64,000 nucleotides of DNA from a virus (IMGVR_UViG_3300030060_004050:54539-118538); one strand, 5' to 3'. Shown: positions 19,545 to 29,420, counted from the first letter of the stretch. Notes: generated from the letters alone by a model not told the origin. Program-made: numbers and translations.

Positions 19545-19951
19545 TGTGTTTGTTTGATAATGACACAAAAGAAGAAACAAAAGAATGCACTAAGTGTAAG
19601 CGAGAATTACCAAAGTCAAACTTCGGGCCTTCTAGTGGTGGAGTTTACTTACGAGGTGAGTGCAGAGAGTGCGCCCGTAAGGCAACAAAACTTGTTAAAG
19701 AACTAAGAGAGAAACAGAGCAAACCAAAAGAAACATATACTTGTCCCATATGTGAAAAAAATATAACAGAGATACAAGGTAATTCATGGTGCTTGGATCA
19801 TGATCACAAAACAAAAAAATTCAGAGGTTGGTTATGTCATAAGTGTAATCGAGCCTTGGGAAACTTTGACGATGATATTGAATTGCTTAAAAAAGCGATA
19901 GAGTACATAAAGAAAGATCGCAATGACGACACAAATCAAACCTTATTATGA
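19544..19951 (+). CDS. Endonuclease VII-like HNH nuclease, probably free-standing homing type
   Basis: CTKC/CREC Zn finger, CPIC, LDHDH...RGWLCHKCNRALG. Confidence 0.85.
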   Translation: MCLFDNDTKEETKECTKCKRELPKSNFGPSSGGVYLRGECRECARKATKLVKELREKQSKPKETYTCPICEKNITEIQGNSWCLDHDHKTKKFRGWLCHKCNRALGNFDDDIELLKKAIEYIKKDRNDDTNQTLL

Positions 19952-21518
19952 GCGAAACGAACATGTGATAAACTCACATGTAAACTGTAATTTCGAAGAC
20001 TTGCTTGAGATGACTCCCGACGAGTTTCGTGAGTGGGTAGTTGAAATGCGTAAGGTGGTTAAGGATGCATGGGACACCCATGGTTGTCCTCCACGCACAG
20101 GAAAAGATGAAGAAGAAATCGTTGATGCTTTCAATAAGATTGCAGAGTATCCTGTTCATCAATTTACACATACCGATGAACTGTCGGATGTAGAAAACGA
20201 TGTAATCATCAACAAGTCTCGTATGGCAGTTGAAGTTGATCAGTGGTTCTCTAATATGTTCAAGACAAGAATTAACTACACGGAGAAGGACAACGGGTAT
20301 TCAATTTATGATTTGGTTGCAGACGACAATCGCCTTGATCAAGTGGTAAAAGGTGCAATGCGACACCTTCGCCGAGATTCTTTTTACACACATGCCTTGT
20401 CTGCGATAAAGCATGATAGTAAGTATGCTATTGTAGATGTGTCTTCTGGTGAAGAGTGGATGCAAGTGTTTTTTGATAATCCTAAAATCTTCAAAGGACA
20501 TGACTTTCTTCTCGAACAAATTAAAATTAGAGAAGGCGTAAACTCCGGTTACTTTCAACTAGAGCAAGATGATGTTCTACAACTTACCAGAGAACAAGTA
20601 GAAAAATTTAAAGATAAGATGTCATACCGTCATCATTCTACATTTGACATTGATAATATGCCAGATGATAAAGTATATGCCATTAGAATTTACAAGACGG
20701 GAAGAAAAGTTTTTCCAGCAGGATTCAAGTCTTTTCGTATTGGATATATTCAACCTGCTGTAAACTTCCCACCAATGACTGCTAAATACTTGTATGAAAG
20801 ATTTACAGATGACATTAAAAATCAAGAACGTATTGTCATCTATGATCCGTCAAGTGGTTGGGGCGGTCGTATACTTGGTGCTATGGGTGTTCGGGATGAT
20901 CGTAGGATTCATTATGTGGGGACTGATCCTAATCCTGATAATCTTATTAATGATGGGACTTATAGTAAGTATGAGTCTCTTGCCGATTTTTATAATACCA
21001 AGACATATCGCGGAAACCCATTCTTTTCAGAAACGAATACTTTCGACGTATTCCAAGAGGGTTCGGAAGTAATTCATCTAAACAAAGACTTTCAAAAATA
21101 CAAGGGAAGTCTTGACTTGGTATTTACTTCACCCCCATACTTTAATAGAGAAGCGTACTCAGAGGACGACAACCAATCCTACAAGAAGTTTAATTCCTAC
21201 GAGTCTTGGAGACATGGATTCCTACGTCCAACTCTAGAAACTTGCGTCGAATATTTGCGAGAAGAAAGATACCTTCTTTGGAATATTGCAGACCTTCTGG
21301 TTAGTGGTGACTATCTTCCTCTTGAAAAAGATAGCAGAGATATTCTAGAATCATTGGGTATGGAATATAAATATACTTTGAAGATGGCATTAGAGGGTAT
21401 GCCTGGAAAGAACAGAATTGGTGAAGACGGAAAACCAACATGTAAAAATTTCTGTCAGGTTGATGGTAAGTACCTAAAGTATGAACCAGTATTTGTATTC
21501 TGGAAACCCAAACAATGA
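19923..21518 (+). CDS. Putative amino-DNA methyltransferase (m4C/m6A) with long N-terminal domain
   Basis: SAM motif I YDPSSGWGGR and catalytic motif IV FTSPPY. Confidence 0.75.
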   Translation: MTTQIKPYYERNEHVINSHVNCNFEDLLEMTPDEFREWVVEMRKVVKDAWDTHGCPPRTGKDEEEIVDAFNKIAEYPVHQFTHTDELSDVENDVIINKSRMAVEVDQWFSNMFKTRINYTEKDNGYSIYDLVADDNRLDQVVKGAMRHLRRDSFYTHALSAIKHDSKYAIVDVSSGEEWMQVFFDNPKIFKGHDFLLEQIKIREGVNSGYFQLEQDDVLQLTREQVEKFKDKMSYRHHSTFDIDNMPDDKVYAIRIYKTGRKVFPAGFKSFRIGYIQPAVNFPPMTAKYLYERFTDDIKNQERIVIYDPSSGWGGRILGAMGVRDDRRIHYVGTDPNPDNLINDGTYSKYESLADFYNTKTYRGNPFFSETNTFDVFQEGSEVIHLNKDFQKYKGSLDLVFTSPPYFNREAYSEDDNQSYKKFNSYESWRHGFLRPTLETCVEYLREERYLLWNIADLLVSGDYLPLEKDSRDILESLGMEYKYTLKMALEGMPGKNRIGEDGKPTCKNFCQVDGKYLKYEPVFVFWKPKQ

Positions 21519-22417
21519 ATTGTTTAATTACAGGTGGAGCAGGACATATAGGATCTCACCTCGCCCTTAGATTGCACGAAGAGGGACATGAGGTTGACAT
21601 CATCGATAACCTATCGGTAGGAAACCGTGATGCAATAAAAGATCTAGAAAATCTGGGATGGAAGGGCGAGTTTACTAAAGCAAGTATCAATGATCCTCAA
21701 ATGGTGGCATATGCACTTCAATTAAAGAAGTATGATGTGTGTTTTCATTTAGCAGGTTACACTGTCCCACAGGACTCTGTTGAAAAACCAGTGGTTTATT
21801 ATGAAAACAACTTGTCCCCGTTTACTCAGTTTCTATCCTCTCTCATATTCCATGGTGTTAATAGGGTAGTCTTGTGTAGAACTGAAAATACCTACACTCC
21901 TTGTGAAACATCTGCCAGAACAGTAGAGCAAATTATTTACGATGTATGTAAGGTAACTCCTAACATAAACTACTCATCTTTTAGATTACCAGAGGTAGTT
22001 GGAAATAATATTGATGGTAAGATTGGAGACTATGGGTTTGGTAAAAAAAATAAACTCATTTGCAATTGTATGTCCGCATCTGCAAACATTATTCCGCAGG
22101 TGGTGGTGGACAATGGAGCCGATTCACACAAATTAATTCATGTGGATGATGTGGTTGAAGAACTAATTAAGTCCTTAAGCGACACGAAGAATCAAATTCA
22201 TCATGTAAACCCAGCCATAATTACAACTGCCAGAAGTATAGTTGAATCGTGTATAAAGGTAACTGCCGGTAAATACCCTGTCATCGAGAAAAAGTATGAT
22301 CAGGATCAAGTTGATACCGTCGATATTAAAGTAAATAAAAGTGCCTCTATAACTTGCCTAGATACAATTACAAAATCAATTTGGAATTGGATCAAAAGAG
22401 TTAAAAAGATTCCTTGA
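21515..22417 (+). CDS. UDP-glucose 4-epimerase-like SDR protein lacking the catalytic YxxxK
   Basis: ITGGAGHIGS, DNLSVG, SVEKPVVYYENN are GalE-like; the catalytic segment reads PCETSA. Confidence 0.7.
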   Translation: MNCLITGGAGHIGSHLALRLHEEGHEVDIIDNLSVGNRDAIKDLENLGWKGEFTKASINDPQMVAYALQLKKYDVCFHLAGYTVPQDSVEKPVVYYENNLSPFTQFLSSLIFHGVNRVVLCRTENTYTPCETSARTVEQIIYDVCKVTPNINYSSFRLPEVVGNNIDGKIGDYGFGKKNKLICNCMSASANIIPQVVVDNGADSHKLIHVDDVVEELIKSLSDTKNQIHHVNPAIITTARSIVESCIKVTAGKYPVIEKKYDQDQVDTVDIKVNKSASITCLDTITKSIWNWIKRVKKIP

Positions 22418-22441
22418 CTTCCTCAATATTTGTGTTATACT
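22414..22441 (+). promoter_or_regulatory. Sigma70-like promoter TTGACT-N16-TATACT, predicted leaderless
   Basis: TTGACT 22414-22419, TGTGT-TATACT 22436-22441; ATG at 22448. Confidence 0.8.
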
Positions 22442-22447
22442 ATTTAC

Positions 22448-22927
22448 ATGTCTAAGAAGAAAACCAAGAAGACGGAACGAAAGTGGACTAGCGGGATTAA
22501 CCCAAAGTCCAGTATGTCATATGAAAAATACATAAGGTCCGCCTTTCAGATGATCGATCCAAGGCGATTGACAATCCGAGAGTACAAACTGGCAGATAAA
22601 GAAGAGTATCCTGCATTTCAAAGAGGCAAAGATCTTCGCATCGTAGTGTTCTGGGATAATAAACCTGCAATTGATACTAATGGTAGAAAGTATGAATTCA
22701 TTATTGAAAATGCTTTCTGGAGGCAGTCAAACAAAAACAAAGAAGATCGTGAATATATGCGTGATCACGCAAACATTCATGTGAAGACGTTCCATGATGC
22801 TGTGCAACAGGGTAAGGAAACTGCCGCAGCAAAGAGAGCAAAGAAGAAAACAAAGAAAACAACAAGGAAGACTCGGAGCAAAATTGGATCTACCCAAAAA
22901 GCATTCGAGGACGCAAAGAAAAAATGA
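22448..22927 (+). CDS. Basic hypothetical protein
   Basis: ORF with Lys-rich termini; start placed at the ATG 6 nt after the -10 box. Confidence 0.65.
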   Translation: MSKKKTKKTERKWTSGINPKSSMSYEKYIRSAFQMIDPRRLTIREYKLADKEEYPAFQRGKDLRIVVFWDNKPAIDTNGRKYEFIIENAFWRQSNKNKEDREYMRDHANIHVKTFHDAVQQGKETAAAKRAKKKTKKTTRKTRSKIGSTQKAFEDAKKK

Positions 22928-23775
22928 TTCTCATAGACAACAACCAATTAATCATTGCAAATGTTTTTGCATCAATGAAACATCACAACATCGAAGATGA
23001 AAGCATTCTTCGACATCTTGTGGTAAACACTTATAGATTTTACAATAGCAAGTTCAAGGATAAGTATGGTGACATTGTAATCTGTCATGATTCTGCACAC
23101 TGCTGGCGTAAAGACTTTTTTCCACTGTATAAGGCAAACAGAAAAGCAACAAAGGAAAAGTCAAAGCACGATTGGGATAAAATCTTTAACACCATGACAG
23201 AAATTCGTGGAGAGATTGAAGAGAACTTCCCTTGGAAGAATATTTCTGTTCCAAAGACAGAGGCAGATGATGTCATTGCATGTATCGCAAAGAACTCATC
23301 TCCCATGGAGCCAGTTTTGATTGTTTCTGCTGACAAAGACTTTCAACAACTACAGAAATATTCTAATGTGGAACAGTGGAGTCCGATGAAGCAAGACTTT
23401 TTGGTTTGCAATAATCCCGAAGACTTTCTTGTTTCTCATATTATTTCAGGTGATTCGTCAGACGGAGTTCCAAATATTTTGTCGGACGATGATACCTTTA
23501 TCGTAGAAGGTAAGCGTCAGCGTCCTTGTGGTAAAAAGAAGGTGCAAATCTTCAAGGATCGTTACTTGAATGAGAACACAATAGACGATGATGTAAAGAA
23601 AAATTGGGATAGAAATACAAAAATGATTGACTTCGATTCTATTCCAGAAGAAGTAGAAAAGGAAATCATGGAAGAATTTAATAAGGAACATGTTCGAGAA
23701 ACCAAAAATATTTTCCCGTATCTCGTTGAACACAAGTTGATTCAACTTCTAGAGTCTGTGGAAGAATTGTACTGA
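22924..23775 (+). CDS. rnh: T4-type RNase H (5'-3' flap exonuclease)
   Basis: WRKDFFPLYKANRK, EADDVIA, VSADKDFQQLQ, GDSSDGVPNILS. Confidence 0.95.
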   Translation: MILIDNNQLIIANVFASMKHHNIEDESILRHLVVNTYRFYNSKFKDKYGDIVICHDSAHCWRKDFFPLYKANRKATKEKSKHDWDKIFNTMTEIRGEIEENFPWKNISVPKTEADDVIACIAKNSSPMEPVLIVSADKDFQQLQKYSNVEQWSPMKQDFLVCNNPEDFLVSHIISGDSSDGVPNILSDDDTFIVEGKRQRPCGKKKVQIFKDRYLNENTIDDDVKKNWDRNTKMIDFDSIPEEVEKEIMEEFNKEHVRETKNIFPYLVEHKLIQLLESVEELY

Positions 23776-23778
23776 GCA

Positions 23779-23970
23779 ATGGCTAAGAACAAAAGAAAGA
23801 ATCGGGGTAAGAAGCAAGGCGAGTCCTTACATTATGAAGACTACTATGATCTTCGAAAGACTACAAAAAGACCTACAAAACATAGAAGAGTAAAGGATAA
23901 GAAATATCTTAAAGATATGATGCGGGGAGATATTGACATTGAATCGTATCACGACTATAATGGTAATTGA
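23779..23970 (+). CDS. Small basic hypothetical protein
   Basis: 63-aa ORF filling the gap between rnh and g45. Confidence 0.55.
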   Translation: MAKNKRKNRGKKQGESLHYEDYYDLRKTTKRPTKHRRVKDKKYLKDMMRGDIDIESYHDYNGN

Positions 23971-23987
23971 ACACGGAGATCTAAATC

Positions 23988-24689
23988 ATGGAAACTACAA
24001 TGACATCAACTAAAATTTCAAACGAAACTCTAGAAGTATTAAAGAACTTCTCATCAATCAACTCAAATATTCTCGTTAAGGAGGGAAATGTACTGACTAC
24101 CATTTCCCCCGTCAAGAATGTAATGGCAGAAGCAACTGTCCCCGAAACTTTCGATCAGGAGTTTGGTATCTGGGATCTTAACAAGTTCCTTGGAACCATT
24201 TCCCTTTTCGATAGTCCTGAGTTTATGTTTGAGGATAAGTTTGTAACGATCAGTTCGAGCAAAAACAATTCGTCTGTTCGATACTACTACTCAGAACCTT
24301 CTCTTCTTACCACGGTAAACAAGAAGATTAATATGCCCGAACCAGTTGTCACTTGTTCGATTACCCAAAAGGTATTCAATGACATCCTTAAGGCATCTTC
24401 CGTTCTTCAGGTTAGCGACATTGCAATTCAGTCTGACTCCGACGAACTGCAAATTGTCGCACTGGATAAGAAGGATAAGAGCAGCAACAGTTACTCCATC
24501 AAGATTGCAGACATGCCTATTGGTGGACCTACTTTTGCTTTCTACTTCAAGGCAGAAAACCTGAAGATGCTTCCGGGTGATTATGATGTAAACATCACGG
24601 AGAAGGTTGTGAGTGAGTTCACCAACACAAACCGAAGTCTTAAGTATTGGGTAGCACTGGAATCTGACTCATACTACCAGGCACCATGA
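23988..24689 (+). CDS. g45: Sliding clamp
   Basis: LKNFSSINSNI, FGIWDLNKFL, FKAENLKMLPGDYDV, YWVALE. Confidence 0.96.
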   Translation: METTMTSTKISNETLEVLKNFSSINSNILVKEGNVLTTISPVKNVMAEATVPETFDQEFGIWDLNKFLGTISLFDSPEFMFEDKFVTISSSKNNSSVRYYYSEPSLLTTVNKKINMPEPVVTCSITQKVFNDILKASSVLQVSDIAIQSDSDELQIVALDKKDKSSNSYSIKIADMPIGGPTFAFYFKAENLKMLPGDYDVNITEKVVSEFTNTNRSLKYWVALESDSYYQAP

Positions 24690-25591
24690 ACACTTTAGTA
24701 ACAGGTGGAAGTGGACTTGTTGGATCTTGTGTCGGAGGAACGCATAAACCGCGTTCTTCCGATCTTGATCTATTAAATTATGATCAGGTATACCAATACA
24801 TTAAAGATCACAACATAAAAAGAATAGTTCACTGTGCTGCTAGGGTGGGTGGTGTAAAAGAAAATACAGAAAAACCAGCAGACTTCTTCTATGACAATAT
24901 GCAGATGACACTGAACGTAATTCATGCTGCTAAAGAATGTAATGTTGAAAAAGTTATTTGTATGCTATCTACATGCATCTTTCCATATCAGGTAGAATAT
25001 CCATTGACAACCGAACAGATTCATCTTGGAGAACCCCACCCGTCAAATTATGGGTATGGTTTTGCTAAGAGAATGACTGAAGTAAACGCTAGAGCATATA
25101 GAGAACAGTATGGAATGAATATAGTTACTGTTGTTCCGTGTAATGTATATGGCATAGGTGACAATTTTAACTTGGATAGTTCTCATGTTATTCCGGGATT
25201 GATTCATAAGTATTATCTTGCATCAAGAGATGATACTGATGTTACAATCTGGGGAGGTGGACAAGCAAAAAGAGAATTTATATACAATAAGGATCTGGGT
25301 AAAATTGTAGACTGGGTTGTTGACAACTATGATGATGAAGAGCCTCTTATAATTTCACCCGATGAAGAAATTAGCATCGCTAGTCTTTCTAATGAAATTG
25401 CATCAATTTTTAGTTTCTTCAATACAATCTTTTTTGATAATTCGATGCCTGACGGAATGCTAAGAAAACCATCAGATAATAGCAAACTCAAAGAGTTGCT
25501 CCCTGATTTTTCTTATACATCTTTAGGAGAAGGACTTCAAGAAACCATAGATTGGTTTGTGGAAAATTACGATAAAGGTATTAGATTATGA
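24686..25591 (+). CDS. GDP-4-keto-6-deoxysugar epimerase/reductase (Fcl/ColC family)
   Basis: LVTGGSGLVG, HCAARVGG, LSTCIFP, YGFAKR, SHVIPGLI. Confidence 0.9.
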   Translation: MNTLVTGGSGLVGSCVGGTHKPRSSDLDLLNYDQVYQYIKDHNIKRIVHCAARVGGVKENTEKPADFFYDNMQMTLNVIHAAKECNVEKVICMLSTCIFPYQVEYPLTTEQIHLGEPHPSNYGYGFAKRMTEVNARAYREQYGMNIVTVVPCNVYGIGDNFNLDSSHVIPGLIHKYYLASRDDTDVTIWGGGQAKREFIYNKDLGKIVDWVVDNYDDEEPLIISPDEEISIASLSNEIASIFSFFNTIFFDNSMPDGMLRKPSDNSKLKELLPDFSYTSLGEGLQETIDWFVENYDKGIRL

Positions 25592-26757
25592 AAACCATGA
25601 AAAAATGGAAGTTGATGGATGATGCCATCACACAAGAACAAAGAGAAAAACTTGCAGCCTTCTGCTTAAAGAGCGACAGGTTTTCTCAGGGACAGGAAGT
25701 ACGAAAATTTGAAGAACAGTGGAGCAAGTGGCAGGGTTGTAAATACTCTGTATTTTGCAATTCCGGTTCCTCTGCAAACTTCTTGATGGTGCAAGCAGCA
25801 AAAGAACTTTGGGCCCCGCACCCCGGAGCAACTTGGGTTTCTCAGGCATGTACATGGGCAACTACAGTTTCTCCTATAATGATGTCGGGTGACAATTTGC
25901 AACTTTGTGATGTGAGTCTTCCCTCTCTTGGACCTGATAAAAAGAATCTTGAAAAGATTTTCCATGATGGTTGTTTTAATGGAGACTGTCCACGTTATCT
26001 TTTCCTCGCACACCTTCTAGGATTCTCTGCGATTGATAATGAAATTCTTCAAATGTGTGACTACTATGGAGTAACTCTATTGGAAGATTGTTGCGAATCT
26101 CATGGTGCAACATACAGAGGGAGAAAGATTGGAAACTTTGGTGATATGTCCTCCTTCTCATTCTATTACGGTCATCATATGACAACGATTGAAGGCGGAA
26201 TGGTTTGCACTAACCATAAAGATCTGTATGAAAAACTATTGCTCCTCCGCTCACATGGACTCATGAGAGAACTACCAGAGGACTCAAAAGAAGAATATAA
26301 AGATCATGTGGTGGATGATAACTTTACTTTTATGTTGCCTGGTTTCAACATGAGATCCACCGACTTCAATGCTATTCTAGGTCAAATGCAACTAGAAGAT
26401 CTCGACAAACACAATGACATTCGAACAGAAAACTTCGATGTGTTTGCCAATAAATTAGACAGTGAAAAGTATTACACCGATTTTAGAACAGAAGGAAACT
26501 GTAGTTTTTGTTTCCCTGTTATTTGTAAAGATGGTGGATCGAAAAAACTAAGAGAAGTTCTAGAGAAAGAGGGTGTCGAAACTCGACCTGTTATTGCGGG
26601 TAACCTACACAGACATCCGTTCATGAAGAAAGTAAATCAGTTTAGATATGATGATAACGCAGAGATCGTTCATAAGAATGGTTTCTACATTGGTAACAAC
26701 CACTCCGTGCAGACAGGAGATGTAGAGTGGTTGGTAGATTTATTGAATAGGAGTTGA
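25588..26757 (+). CDS. colD: DegT-fold PLP enzyme of ColD type (GDP-4-keto-6-deoxymannose 3-dehydratase)
   Basis: NSGSSAN, EDCCESHGA, and SFSFYYGHHMTTIEGG with His in place of the Schiff-base Lys; 389 aa. Confidence 0.75.
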   Translation: MKTMKKWKLMDDAITQEQREKLAAFCLKSDRFSQGQEVRKFEEQWSKWQGCKYSVFCNSGSSANFLMVQAAKELWAPHPGATWVSQACTWATTVSPIMMSGDNLQLCDVSLPSLGPDKKNLEKIFHDGCFNGDCPRYLFLAHLLGFSAIDNEILQMCDYYGVTLLEDCCESHGATYRGRKIGNFGDMSSFSFYYGHHMTTIEGGMVCTNHKDLYEKLLLLRSHGLMRELPEDSKEEYKDHVVDDNFTFMLPGFNMRSTDFNAILGQMQLEDLDKHNDIRTENFDVFANKLDSEKYYTDFRTEGNCSFCFPVICKDGGSKKLREVLEKEGVETRPVIAGNLHRHPFMKKVNQFRYDDNAEIVHKNGFYIGNNHSVQTGDVEWLVDLLNRS

Positions 26758-26758
26758 T

Positions 26759-27757
26759 GTGAAAAAAGCATTAATAACCGGAATTAGTGGACAAGATGGA
26801 TCTTATCTTGCAGAATTTTTGCTGGGTAAAGATTATGAAGTTCATGGAATTATTAGAAGAAACTCAGTTGCAGAAAATCAAACGGCAAGACTCAAGAACG
26901 TATTTGACGATGATCACCTTCATCTCCATTATGGAGACGTTGAAGATTTATCTTGTCTTATTGAATTGTTGCAGAAGGTACAACCAGAGGAAGTGTATAA
27001 CCTAGCAGCACAGTCTCATGTTAGAATTAGTTTTGATGTTCCTTTGTATACTGCTGCTGCAACTGGACTCGGTAGTCTTAAGGTAATCGAGGCATGTAGA
27101 TTGGTTTGTCCAGATGCTAGAATTTATCAAGCGTCTTCGTCTGAGATGTTCGGAAATAGTATCGATGATGACGGGTTTCAAAGAGAGTCAACACCTCTAT
27201 CTCCGGTGAGTCCATATGGATGTTCAAAAGTTTTTGCCTATAACATTGCGAGAAACTATAGAAACTCATATGACATGTTTATCTCAAACGGTATTCTGTT
27301 TAATCATGAATCGCCTAGAAGAGGATCTAACTTTGTAACAAGCAAAGTAGTGAAGGGTGCATGTGCAATTAAGATGGGTGAACAAGAAAATCTAAAACTA
27401 GGAAACTTAGATGCAACTAGAGATTGGGGACATGCAAAAGATTATGTCGAGGCAATGTGGATGATACTTCAACACAGTGTACCCGACGATTTTGTTTGTG
27501 CGACCGGAGTATCGCATAGTGTTCGTGATCTATGCGAATATACCTTTAAAGTTCTTGACATGGACTATAAACAGTATATAATTACAGATGAAAAGTACCT
27601 TCGTCCAGAAGAACTAGAGGATCTAAAAGGAGACTCGTCTAAACTTAGATCACAAGTAGGATGGAAACCGAGGTACTCTTTTGAATTGATGATCAATGAA
27701 ATGATTGAGCATGAACTTTGGAATGAATATCAAGTGAGTTTGGAGGACATTATATGA
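26759..27757 (+). CDS. gmd: GDP-mannose 4,6-dehydratase
   Basis: ALITGISGQDGSYLAE, YNLAAQSHV, QASSSEMFG, SPYGCSK, LFNHESPRRG, RDWGHAKDY; GTG start. Confidence 0.96.
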   Translation: MKKALITGISGQDGSYLAEFLLGKDYEVHGIIRRNSVAENQTARLKNVFDDDHLHLHYGDVEDLSCLIELLQKVQPEEVYNLAAQSHVRISFDVPLYTAAATGLGSLKVIEACRLVCPDARIYQASSSEMFGNSIDDDGFQRESTPLSPVSPYGCSKVFAYNIARNYRNSYDMFISNGILFNHESPRRGSNFVTSKVVKGACAIKMGEQENLKLGNLDATRDWGHAKDYVEAMWMILQHSVPDDFVCATGVSHSVRDLCEYTFKVLDMDYKQYIITDEKYLRPEELEDLKGDSSKLRSQVGWKPRYSFELMINEMIEHELWNEYQVSLEDII

Positions 27758-28707
27758 CGGTTGCTGAAGCAACAAAAGATTTTTTGTGGGTGGAGAAGTA
27801 TCGCCCTAACACTATTGCAGACTGTATTCTCCCGAAAGATATCAAAGATACCTTTCAGGCTATTGTTGATTCTGGTGAACTTCAAAACCTTCTCCTATCA
27901 GGTGGAGCAGGATGTGGTAAAACCACGATTGCAAAAGCACTTTGTAATGAGATGGGTTCAGACTGGATTATCATTAACTGTTCGGAAGATGGTAACATTG
28001 ATACCCTTCGAACGAAGATTAGAAACTTTGCAAGCAGCGTTTCAATCGGTGGTGGTAACAAGGTAGTAATCCTAGATGAGTTTGATTATGCTAATGCACA
28101 GAGTATGCAACCTGCTCTTCGTGGGTTCATCGAGGAATTTGCTAATAATTGCCGTTTTATTCTGACTTGTAACTTCAAGAACAGGATTATTGAACCTCTT
28201 CATTCTAGATGTACCAATATAGAGTTTCGTATTCCCAATGCAGAGAAACCTGCAATGGCAGCAGGATTCTTGGATAGGATTGAATACATTCTCAACCAAG
28301 AGGGAATTGAATATGAGCAGCGAGTTCTAGCAGAACTTGTGATGCGACACTTTCCCGACTTCCGCAGAGTAATCAACGAACTTCAAAGATACTCTGTTGC
28401 AGGGACAATTGACATTGGTATACTTTCTAGAGTTGGTAGTGTAAAAATCAACGAACTCATGGATGCGATGAAGATGAAGAAGTTTACTGACGTTCGTAAG
28501 TGGGTTGTTGAAAACCTTGATAACGATCAGACTAGAATCTTCAGAAAGATCTATGATGGTTTGTATGAAACTATGGAACCACAAAGTATCCCGAGAGCAA
28601 TTCTTGTTCTTGCCGATTATCAGTATAAGTCTGCATTCGTAGCAGATCAAGAGATTAACCTTACAGCATGTTTAACAGAACTAATGATGGAGTGTGAATT
28701 CAAATGA
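27754..28707 (+). CDS. g44: Clamp loader large subunit
   Basis: LWVEKYRP, GGAGCGKTT, ILDEFD, IIEPLHSRC, FPDFRR. Confidence 0.97.
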   Translation: MTVAEATKDFLWVEKYRPNTIADCILPKDIKDTFQAIVDSGELQNLLLSGGAGCGKTTIAKALCNEMGSDWIIINCSEDGNIDTLRTKIRNFASSVSIGGGNKVVILDEFDYANAQSMQPALRGFIEEFANNCRFILTCNFKNRIIEPLHSRCTNIEFRIPNAEKPAMAAGFLDRIEYILNQEGIEYEQRVLAELVMRHFPDFRRVINELQRYSVAGTIDIGILSRVGSVKINELMDAMKMKKFTDVRKWVVENLDNDQTRIFRKIYDGLYETMEPQSIPRAILVLADYQYKSAFVADQEINLTACLTELMMECEFK

Positions 28708-29003
28708 AGGGATTTAAACCACATGGAGATAAAGTAGTCATCGAACTCTGCGAAAAGAAGAAGGAGTATGAAAACATTATCTACGAAGACAAGAAGAATA
28801 TTCCTTGGATAAAGGGTAGAGTTTTATCAATTGGTGCAGGGACAAAGGATGAAAGCGGTAAAGTTTACCCTGCTGAATTTGAAGTGGATGACTATGTTGT
28901 TTTTGATAAAACCAAAGGCGTGGATACATACGAGGGTTTAGCAATCGTAGACATACGATCTGTCGTCATGGTTGTAGATAAAGATACAGAGATATCAGGA
29001 TGA
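28704..29003 (+). CDS. GroES/Cpn10-like co-chaperonin
   Basis: KPHGDKVVI, GRVLSIGAG, EVDDYVVFDK pattern of Cpn10; 99 aa. Confidence 0.7.
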   Translation: MKGFKPHGDKVVIELCEKKKEYENIIYEDKKNIPWIKGRVLSIGAGTKDESGKVYPAEFEVDDYVVFDKTKGVDTYEGLAIVDIRSVVMVVDKDTEISG

Positions 29004-29383
29004 AACTGGGAGACTATCTAAAGGCGATCAACAAGAGCAAAGAAGCACTCATGGACTCTGATGATGAGTTCATCGAGAGGGACTATGTGCCATTTGTCGT
29101 AAACAGATGTCTTTCGTTTTTTCCCGACACGATAATCCAAACCAACGAAGTAAATTTAAGATCCTCCATGGATAAGAAAATGCAGTTTGATTTTCTAAGA
29201 GGAACCATCCGAAAGGGTAATAGATATAGTCCTTGGATGAAGGAAAATTTACCCAAGGATATTGAAGTGGTGAAGGAGTACTTTAACTACAGCAATAAAA
29301 AAGCCAAAGAAGCACTTGAGATACTCACTCCAGAAGACCTTGAGAACATCAAAAATAAACTCTCAAAGGGCGGAAAAATATAA
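29000..29383 (+). CDS. g62: Clamp loader small subunit
   Basis: YVPFVVNRCLSFFPD, RYSPW, VKEYFNYSNKKAKEALEIL. Confidence 0.93.
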   Translation: MKLGDYLKAINKSKEALMDSDDEFIERDYVPFVVNRCLSFFPDTIIQTNEVNLRSSMDKKMQFDFLRGTIRKGNRYSPWMKENLPKDIEVVKEYFNYSNKKAKEALEILTPEDLENIKNKLSKGGKI

Positions 29384-29386
29384 ATA
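29379..29386 (+). promoter_or_regulatory. T4-type late promoter TATAAATA upstream of regA and the glycosyltransferase block
   Basis: Exact consensus at the g62 stop codon. Confidence 0.7.
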
Positions 29387-29420
29387 GTATAAACGTTATG
29401 CCATTTATATAAGAAGGAAC

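Noticed and set aside
25588-26757. Perosamine synthase / aminotransferase call
   Set aside because: The Schiff-base Lys position appears to be His, which fits a ColD-type dehydratase
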